NCBI GenBank assembly: GCA_965219445.1
Contig: CBDCNQ010000003.1
Location: forward strand, 64,001 to 128,000
Reading direction: 5' to 3'
Origin: Longimicrobiales bacterium
GTDB taxonomy: Bacteria; Gemmatimonadota; Gemmatimonadetes; Longimicrobiales; Gaopeijiaceae
Length of the DNA: 64,000 bases
A program made the translations under genes and the position numbers. Within the stretch, counting starts at the first letter, position 1. The number at the start of each line of letters is the position of its first letter. Positions 57,095-64,000 of this stretch are shown piece by piece. Under the pieces are notes generated by a model. That model was not told the origin of the DNA and did no database searches. It was given only the letters and a program-made list of their open reading frames with translations.

Positions 57095-59329
57095 ATGGAT
57101 CACATTCGGAAGAGGTGGGAGACTGCCCGCAGCGGCGGCCGGGCGCTCACCCTCCTTTCTTTGGGTCTCGCCTTGTCCCCAAATAGCGCCACGGCGCAGG
57201 GGGTGAGTAGCGCACGCCAAGCCCCGTATACCCTGGAGCAGGCAGCGACGGGTGCGCAGGTCTACGAGACGGCGTGCGCGGCATGTCACCTTTCGGGTCT
57301 GCAGGGTTCGTCCGAGGCTCCGGAACTGGCAGGCCGAAACTTCCGGAACCAATGGGGAGACCGTCCGGTAGGGGACCTTCTTACGTACGCAAGGCGGACG
57401 ATGCCCCCAGCAGCTCCCGGGTCCATCAGTGATGAAGAGTACGTGGCTGTGGTGGCGTACCTTATGCGATCCAATGGCGCGAGCCAGGACGAGGAATCCT
57501 TAACTTTCTCCACGCAGGGCCTGGCTCTTCGGGCGGAGGGCACGTTGGCCGGCGCTGGGGATGCTCCGGGGGCGGCCGGCATCCGGCCGGCCCCCGGTCG
57601 CCTCGGCACGATCCCCTCCGCTCAGGGCGTGGCGCGAGCGCCCGAGGTGATCGGCCGACTCTACGAGACTCCAACCTCCAGGACCGAGACGTTTGTTTCA
57701 GTAGATAGGTTCGATCCGGTTTCGGATGCTGAACTCCTTTCCCCACCTCCCGGTGATTGGCTTCACTGGCGCGGGAATCCAAGCTCCTGGGGATACAGCC
57801 GTCTCGACCAGATCAATACACAGAACGTCCAAGATCTCCAGCTCGCTTGGGTCTGGCAGATGGAGGTCGACGAACTGAGGGGTTGGCAGGGTCCTTTGGT
57901 CCGGGACGGGATCCTCTTCCTGAGCAATCCAAGGAACGTCGTCCAAGCGCTCGACGCGACGGACGGAACCCTGCTCTGGGAGTATCAGCGCCGATTTCCG
58001 GATGCCGACAGCGGGATAAACCTCCGGACTCTCGCGATCTGGGAAGACCTGATCTTCGTTGCGACTCGCGACGCCCACATGGTGGCTCTGGATGCGCGGA
58101 CGGGGGGGCTGCGCTGGGAGACACGGCTTGCCGACTCGCGTCAGGGATACACGAACAGCACCGGGCCGATTGTCGCGGGCGGAAAGGTGATCAACGGGAT
58201 AAATGGGTGCCAACGCTACTTCGAAGAGACCTGCTTCATCACAGCCCATGACGCCCGAACCGGCGTGGAGCTCTGGCGCACTCATACAGTGGCCCGTCCG
58301 GGCGAGCCGGGGGGGGACACCTGGGGTGACCTCCGCACGGGGTTGCGGGGTGGGGGAGACGTCTGGAACGGGGGGAGCTGGGATCCGAATCTGAATCTCG
58401 TGTACTTCGGCGTGGCCCAAGCCAAGCCCTGGGTTGCGGCGAGCCGGGGACTCACGGCGGCCGACTCGGCCCTCTACACCAACTCGACGCTGGCGCTCGA
58501 CGCCGACGACGGGCGGATCGTGTGGTACCGCCAGCACGTGCCGGGCGAAAGCCTAGACCTGGATGAAGGGATGGATCAGGTGTTGGTGGACGTCGAGGGG
58601 GTGCCGACGTTGCTGACGATGGGGAAGTACGGGATCCTATGGAAGCTCGACCGGAGGGACGGGTCGTTCTTGGGGCTCAAGGATTCCGGCATCCAGAACG
58701 CTTTTGCAGACGTGGACCCTGAGACGGGGGCTGTGCGCTACCGGGACGATATTCAACGTGCGCGCACCGGCGACTGGATCTCTGTGTGCCCCTCGACGGC
58801 CGGTGCTCACAACTGGCACTCCAGCTCCTATCACCCGGACACGCGCCTGCTGGTAATCCCGATGGGCCAGAGCTGCATGGAGATCGCCGGCCGAGAGGCC
58901 GTGCTCGAAGAGGGCTTGGGTGGCGCGGGAGCGAGCAGGGTCTACATGGAGATGCCGGGCACGAACGGGCGCTTCGGGAAGCTCGCGGCCTACCACGTAG
59001 AGACCATGGAGGAAGTTTGGAGTGTGGAGCAAAGGGCACCGTTCCTTACCGCTGCTCTCACGACGGCCGGCGGGCTCGCGTTCGCCGGGGGTTACGACCG
59101 GTGGATTCGCGCCTACGACGTGGAGGCTGGGCGGGTCCTGTGGGAAAGCCGATTGGGCAGCCCGGTGGGAGGTTATCCGATCACGTACGAGGTGGACGGG
59201 GTACAGTACCTGGCAGTGGCTACGGCTACGGGCGGGGGCACGGCCCATCGGATCGGCATCTTCCTCACTCCTGAGTTTCGGATCCGCGAGAATAACGCGC
59301 TCTACGTCTTTAGATTGGGTGCGCCCTGA
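57095..59329 (+). CDS. PQQ-binding beta-propeller dehydrogenase with N-terminal cytochrome c (paralog of 2490-4700)
   Basis: CAACH..TMPP; shared blocks such as [20 protein letters not shown] and [12 protein letters not shown]. Confidence 0.9.
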   Translation: MDHIRKRWETARSGGRALTLLSLGLALSPNSATAQGVSSARQAPYTLEQAATGAQVYETACAACHLSGLQGSSEAPELAGRNFRNQWGDRPVGDLLTYARRTMPPAAPGSISDEEYVAVVAYLMRSNGASQDEESLTFSTQGLALRAEGTLAGAGDAPGAAGIRPAPGRLGTIPSAQGVARAPEVIGRLYETPTSRTETFVSVDRFDPVSDAELLSPPPGDWLHWRGNPSSWGYSRLDQINTQNVQDLQLAWVWQMEVDELRGWQGPLVRDGILFLSNPRNVVQALDATDGTLLWEYQRRFPDADSGINLRTLAIWEDLIFVATRDAHMVALDARTGGLRWETRLADSRQGYTNSTGPIVAGGKVINGINGCQRYFEETCFITAHDARTGVELWRTHTVARPGEPGGDTWGDLRTGLRGGGDVWNGGSWDPNLNLVYFGVAQAKPWVAASRGLTAADSALYTNSTLALDADDGRIVWYRQHVPGESLDLDEGMDQVLVDVEGVPTLLTMGKYGILWKLDRRDGSFLGLKDSGIQNAFADVDPETGAVRYRDDIQRARTGDWISVCPSTAGAHNWHSSSYHPDTRLLVIPMGQSCMEIAGREAVLEEGLGGAGASRVYMEMPGTNGRFGKLAAYHVETMEEVWSVEQRAPFLTAALTTAGGLAFAGGYDRWIRAYDVEAGRVLWESRLGSPVGGYPITYEVDGVQYLAVATATGGGTAHRIGIFLTPEFRIRENNALYVFRLGAP

Positions 59330-59517
59330 GCCGTGAGCCTAAGTGGGCTACCTCCATTGGGATGGTTGGGTGCCGGGTCCGGCGGGTGTAGGGGCTCGCC
59401 ATACAGCATCTTGTGAATACATGACGTGTCCTTATAGTATGGGTTTGTGCTTAGTAGTATGGGTAGATAAGCGGAGATGATTCTCACCGTTCGACGGAGA
59501 GCAAGGAGGCCAGGGCC

Positions 59518-60984
59518 ATGAAGAGCGGAATCGGCAGGTTCCAGCGGAGTTCGAGGGCGCTCGGGGGGTTAGGATTGTTTACGTTGGTCATCGGGGCCGT
59601 TATGGCCGCCTATCCTGGGCCTGCTTCTGGACAGCACTCCGACGGCCTCGTCACCTTCACGAGAGACGTGGCGCCGATCCTCCAGAATAAGTGCCAGACA
59701 TGCCATCGCGACGGTTCGATCGGGCCGAGGCCATGGACCACCTTTGAGGAGGTTCGCCCCTTCGCAGCGTTGATCAAGCACCGGGTGGTCACGCGGCAGA
59801 TGCCGCCCTGGCCGATGGACAAGACCGTTGGGATCCAGGAATTCAAGAACGACATCTCCCTAAGTGAAGAAGAGATCGGGACGATTGCTGAATGGGTTGA
59901 TTCCGGAGCGCCGATGGGGGATCCGGCGGACATGCCGGCACCGATCGATTGGGCGGCCTTTGAGGACTCTTGGCGGTACGAAGAGCATTTCGGTCGCCCG
60001 CCGGATATCGTGGTTGCTTCACCCAGGTATTTGGTGCCCGCGAACGAGTTGGATCACTGGCCTAGCCTCACGACGGACATACCGGGGCTTACGGATGCTC
60101 GGTGGATTCAGGGCGTTGAACTCAGGCCAGCGGACGCTGAAACACGGTATGTCTTTCACCACGCCAATCCCTCCATCATACAGGATGGGGGGAACGTTTC
60201 CACCGGGCATTCGGCGGCGGGAACGGTGGGATATATCTTCCCCGACGATACCGGACAGCGCCTTCTTCCGGATGCGAAACTCCGATTCGGTATGCACCTC
60301 TTCCCGATCGACAGGGACGTGAATGCCTCTTTGGTCCTCGGATTTTGGCTATATCCGGAGGGCGAGGTCCCGGAGTTTGCGACCCCAGGCGAAGTCCTAC
60401 ACGAGGCTAGCCAGAGTACGGGGTTCGGCCACGAGGTCACCTCAACGATGGGATTTGGCCCCGATCGTGGGAATGGGGGAGGAAGAGGCGGCGCGAGTAG
60501 CGATCCCCAATTCCCGCGTCAGGTGGATCTCCTGATCCCTCCGCACAGCACGGCAACCTTCCGCGGGGTTTACGTCATGGACAGGCCCGCCCGGATTCAC
60601 AGCCTCCGCGGGCATATGCACCTGCGAGGAAAGTACCAGATAATTGAGGCGATATACCCAGACGGTCGGTGGGAGGTGATCAACAAGCTCAATTGGCACC
60701 ACGGGTGGCAGACCGCCTTCCTCTACGAAGATCACGTGATGCCCCTGCTGCCCAAGGGCACCGTGCTCATGGTCACCAACGTGTTCGACAACACCGCGGA
60801 CAATCCGCACAATCCTGACCCCAATCAATGGGTCGTAAGGGGGGACCGAACGGTCGACGAAATGACCCACTCTCGAATCGGCATGACCTACTTCGATAAT
60901 GAAGAGGACTTCGAGAGACTGGTCCGAGAGCGGGCACAGCTCTTGGCCGAAAGAGAGAGCCAGGGGCCACTAGCGGGGGGGTAG
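59518..60984 (+). CDS. Exported cytochrome c-fused copper monooxygenase (paralog of 35717-37264)
   Basis: CQTCH..MPPW; VFHHAN, MHL, GHMHLRGK, DEM. Confidence 0.82.
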   Translation: MKSGIGRFQRSSRALGGLGLFTLVIGAVMAAYPGPASGQHSDGLVTFTRDVAPILQNKCQTCHRDGSIGPRPWTTFEEVRPFAALIKHRVVTRQMPPWPMDKTVGIQEFKNDISLSEEEIGTIAEWVDSGAPMGDPADMPAPIDWAAFEDSWRYEEHFGRPPDIVVASPRYLVPANELDHWPSLTTDIPGLTDARWIQGVELRPADAETRYVFHHANPSIIQDGGNVSTGHSAAGTVGYIFPDDTGQRLLPDAKLRFGMHLFPIDRDVNASLVLGFWLYPEGEVPEFATPGEVLHEASQSTGFGHEVTSTMGFGPDRGNGGGRGGASSDPQFPRQVDLLIPPHSTATFRGVYVMDRPARIHSLRGHMHLRGKYQIIEAIYPDGRWEVINKLNWHHGWQTAFLYEDHVMPLLPKGTVLMVTNVFDNTADNPHNPDPNQWVVRGDRTVDEMTHSRIGMTYFDNEEDFERLVRERAQLLAERESQGPLAGG

Positions 60985-60993
60985 AGCGACCTG

Positions 60994-61881
60994 ATGGGAT
61001 CGAGGTGTTTGGTGGGGGTTACCGTTCTCGCTGTTGGGCTGTCCGCAGCGGGGCCGCAACCTCTGGATGCGCAGGACAACCCGGCGTATGAGCCCGTGCA
61101 GGACCGGGTTCCGGGCACGGCCGGGGATTTGATGCTACGGAACCTGCGGCCATCCGGCCAGCCCATCATCCCTCTCTTTGATGGTTGGTTCCGGAACCCT
61201 GACGCTACCGTGGACTTGTGCTTCGGATACCACAATCTGAACACGGCTGAGGACGTTCAGATTCCACTGGGGTCCGACAACTTCATCGAGCCAGCTCGCT
61301 TCGACGCTGTTCAGCCGACCCACTTCGATCAGGTACCGGACATATACAGACGGCGCTTCTGCGTCTTCACGGTGCATCTGGACGACCTTGCCGACGCACC
61401 CGACGTGGTATGGACACTCCGGATTGGAGGCCGGGCCTACTCTGTTCCCGGGTCCAGCTCACAGCTCTACCGAATGGACGAGATCCAGCAGTCTTCCAGG
61501 GGGAATAGCGCACCCTTGGTCCGATTTGACGATGAGGGGCACAGAGGCCGAGCGACGATGATGGATGGGGAGACCGCCACCGCGAGGGTGGGCGATCCGC
61601 TGCCGCTGTCCATTTCGGTGAGTGATCCAGAGGGGATCCCGCTCGGGAGAACGCGGATTATCTGGGCCAAACATCAAGGGCCTGGCAACGTGACGTTCAG
61701 CGAGGAAGAGATCGAGGTGGTCGAGGAGGGGGTGCGCTTCACGCTCACCAGCACCGCGACCTTCAGCGAGGCCGGGGATTATGTGATCCGCGTGCAAGCT
61801 GTCGACTGGGATCTGGGCAACGCGTTTGGCTTCCACTGCTGCTGGACGAACCGCTACTTGAGCGTCTCTGTTACCGAGTAG
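60994..61881 (+). CDS. Exported CCWTN-motif hypothetical protein (paralog of 37397-38329)
   Basis: GQPIIPLFDGW..CFGYHNLN..IPLGSDNFIEP; WAKHQGPGNVTFS..FSEAGDYVIR..CCWTNRY. Confidence 0.84.
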   Translation: MGSRCLVGVTVLAVGLSAAGPQPLDAQDNPAYEPVQDRVPGTAGDLMLRNLRPSGQPIIPLFDGWFRNPDATVDLCFGYHNLNTAEDVQIPLGSDNFIEPARFDAVQPTHFDQVPDIYRRRFCVFTVHLDDLADAPDVVWTLRIGGRAYSVPGSSSQLYRMDEIQQSSRGNSAPLVRFDDEGHRGRATMMDGETATARVGDPLPLSISVSDPEGIPLGRTRIIWAKHQGPGNVTFSEEEIEVVEEGVRFTLTSTATFSEAGDYVIRVQAVDWDLGNAFGFHCCWTNRYLSVSVTE

Positions 61882-61941
61882 TTGGCCGTACATCGCGCCT
61901 CGTGTGCCGCCGTCCAGCCTTTCGGGCGTCGAGGGGCGGGA

Positions 61942-63003
61942 TCAAAGCACGGCCCCTTCGGCCTGTTCCTTTTCGAGCCGGAGCTGCGCTGCCCGGGCGC
62001 ATCCCTGCATGACCTGGAAGTAGCGCTGCACCCACTCCTCCCCGACTTCATAGGGGTGGGGGCCGTCCCCACGCGCGGCGAGCATCCGGTTCCGGTTGAC
62101 CGCGTTGTCGAACTCGGAGTGGTTCGAGAGGAGCACGGTCGCCCCAGTGGCGGCGGCCTGCTCGGCGATATGCTGCTGTGACTCTATATAGCTCTGGAAG
62201 TTTTCGATGCCCGGATCCGGCGTGTTATTCACGAAGTTGAAAGCGGTGCCGCCCGAGTAGGCCACGTTCACCGGGCTACCCTCGTCGAAGACGGTGAATG
62301 TGTACGACAGGGTGCCGGGCGTGTGTCCAGGGGTCTCCCAGATCGTGACGGTGGTGTTGCCGAGCGTGAGCTCCATGCCGTCGGTCCCCGCGATCCCACG
62401 CGTCGGGGCCATGGTGGCATAACGGTTCGGGTAGGTCTCTACGAGGTCCCAGTCCGCACCGCCCATGACCACCTGGGCACCGTACCGGTCCTGCAGGATT
62501 TGAGCACCACCGATGTGGTCACCATGGGCGTGGGAGATGATGACGTATCGGATGTCTTCGGGATCGAGGCCGAGCCGTTCCAGCCCGCCGATGATCAATT
62601 CCTCGGAGTTATACGGGTAGACCGTGTCGATGATGATGATGCCTTCGCTCGTAGTCAGGGCCCACGACGTGTGAATCTTGCCGCCGACGAAGTAGAGATT
62701 GTCGAAGACTTTGGCGGCGTCCGCGTACCAGAGCTCGCACGCGGGAATGTTGGTGGGGTCTCTGACGTAACGTGGCAGGTTGTCGCTGGTGTTTACACCG
62801 CCACTCGCCGGAAGCAGACAGATCCGGTTCAGTGTCCCGAGGAACTCGAAACCCGCCGCACTCTTGGCCGATCGTAGTGCGGCTTCAATCTCCGTGTCGA
62901 AGTCCCTTGGAGGTGGGTTGTTCTGCGCGACCCCTCTTGTAGGAGCTGAGCCGGCGATGATCGAGATGGTTACAAGGGTCCTCACCATACGCAAACTCAT
63001 CAT
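61942..63003 (-). CDS. Exported MBL-fold metallo-hydrolase (B3 beta-lactamase-like)
   Basis: KVFDNLYFVG, SHAHGDH, TPGHTPG, LSNH; GAGGAG RBS before ATG 63003. Confidence 0.87.
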   Translation of the reverse strand: MMSLRMVRTLVTISIIAGSAPTRGVAQNNPPPRDFDTEIEAALRSAKSAAGFEFLGTLNRICLLPASGGVNTSDNLPRYVRDPTNIPACELWYADAAKVFDNLYFVGGKIHTSWALTTSEGIIIIDTVYPYNSEELIIGGLERLGLDPEDIRYVIISHAHGDHIGGAQILQDRYGAQVVMGGADWDLVETYPNRYATMAPTRGIAGTDGMELTLGNTTVTIWETPGHTPGTLSYTFTVFDEGSPVNVAYSGGTAFNFVNNTPDPGIENFQSYIESQQHIAEQAAATGATVLLSNHSEFDNAVNRNRMLAARGDGPHPYEVGEEWVQRYFQVMQGCARAAQLRLEKEQAEGAVL

Positions 63004-63267
63004 GCTTCTCCTCGACATCGCCCACGCCAACTGTGTTTGGCTCCGACGTCAACCTCGTGGGCCAGCTCGCTCCCAGCAAGATCGATCGCGGTCAGCTCCT
63101 CCCGTCTTTGAGAGGCCCGGATTCGAGTTGACAACGAGGAAAGCTACCCCAACAATCCATCGCTCGAATCAACCCACTTTGGAGATCCCCATGACGCTGC
63201 AGCCAATGTAGCAGCGGCCGCCCGAGGGCGCGTTGAAAGGCTTGCCCTGGCGGTATTGAAGGACAGC

Positions 63268-63519
63268 ATGGTGAACTTCGACATTTTCGGAACGCAAGAT
63301 GAGCTGGATGGCCACTTGGGCCCTGAGCTTAGTGACACGGAGTGGGTCTTCTGCCCGTACTGCGGGGAGTCGAGCGAGTTGCTAGTCGATCGGGCCGGCG
63401 GCGCGGTTCAGGAGTACGTCCATGACTGCGAGGTCTGCTGTCAGCCCTGGCTCGTGCGCGTGAAGGTCGACGGGGAAGGCTATGCCTCCGTTTCGGTGAC
63501 AACGCTCGACGACGAGTAG
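63268..63519 (+). CDS. CPXCG-motif cysteine-rich protein
   Basis: CPYCGE..QEYVHDCEVCCQPW. Confidence 0.88.
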   Translation: MVNFDIFGTQDELDGHLGPELSDTEWVFCPYCGESSELLVDRAGGAVQEYVHDCEVCCQPWLVRVKVDGEGYASVSVTTLDDE

Positions 63520-63535
63520 CCGCACGCCAGTCGAA

Positions 63536-64000
63536 CTAGTCGGCCTCCAGTAGTCGATCCACGTCCTTTTCCGCCTCCAGGCGAAGCGCCTCGTCTGTGA
63601 GCCGCTGCAACTGCTCATCCCGGTCGTAGAGGGTCTCCAGCCACTCGGAGACGTCGTCGGACGGGATCTCATCAACGATCGCGGAATCGTCCGCGAACGA
63701 CGAGATATCGGCGAGGGCGTTCGCGGTCCGTCTCGCACTGATCCACTCCCGAATGCGGATGATGGTCACCGCGAGTCGAAACACCGACGGGTCCATCGCC
63801 TTCGTCTTTGCGGTGAAGAGCCCTTCGTACCCCGGCATGCCCGCCTTCCATCGCTTGTTCAGCGCCGAGCCAGCCCTCGTGTATCGGTAGAGCTCCTGGT
63901 CGATGGCCGCCAGCTGGGCATCATTGAGGTTCTCGTCTGCAAGACGCAGGGCAACCGGAACCCAGCCGTTCTGCCAACGCGCGACTTCGATTTCTTTCAA
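63536..64000 (-). CDS. Hypothetical protein, 3' part (runs off the window edge)
   Basis: Open frame to the window edge with natural helical composition. Confidence 0.6.
   Translation of the reverse strand: MKEIEVARWQNGWVPVALRLADENLNDAQLAAIDQELYRYTRAGSALNKRWKAGMPGYEGLFTAKTKAMDPSVFRLAVTIIRIREWISARRTANALADISSFADDSAIVDEIPSDDVSEWLETLYDRDEQLQRLTDEALRLEAEKDVDRLLEAD

Overview
GC-rich bacterial window, probably Gemmatimonadota-like (inferred from gene families only). About 50 genes are recognisable, and most encode exported or periplasmic proteins: NHL/PAL-like propellers, PQQ dehydrogenases, DUF5916 proteins, amidohydrolases, Tat-signalled phosphatases, and ankyrin/TPR/Sel1 proteins. I found no rRNA, tRNA or CRISPR array. 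Main observations: (1) A precise reciprocal inversion of about 8.17 kb (17054-25220) splits two genes, an M1 aminopeptidase and a ~600-aa hypothetical protein. Flipping it back at a shared TC/GA dinucleotide restores both frames at the junctions. (2) A two-gene module occurs twice: a cytochrome c-fused PHM/DBH-type copper monooxygenase plus a 'CCWTN' partner. It lies beside PQQ dehydrogenases and NHL proteins that keep the PAL catalytic residues, so it is a candidate periplasmic PAM-like oxidation system. (3) An IS3-family element sits inside a 3 x 68-bp tandem repeat, and the intact copies indicate its ends extend beyond the TG...CA inverted repeats. (4) There are several orphan 3'-end gene remnants and three single-base frameshifts. 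All family calls come from motif recognition by eye; no searches were run.
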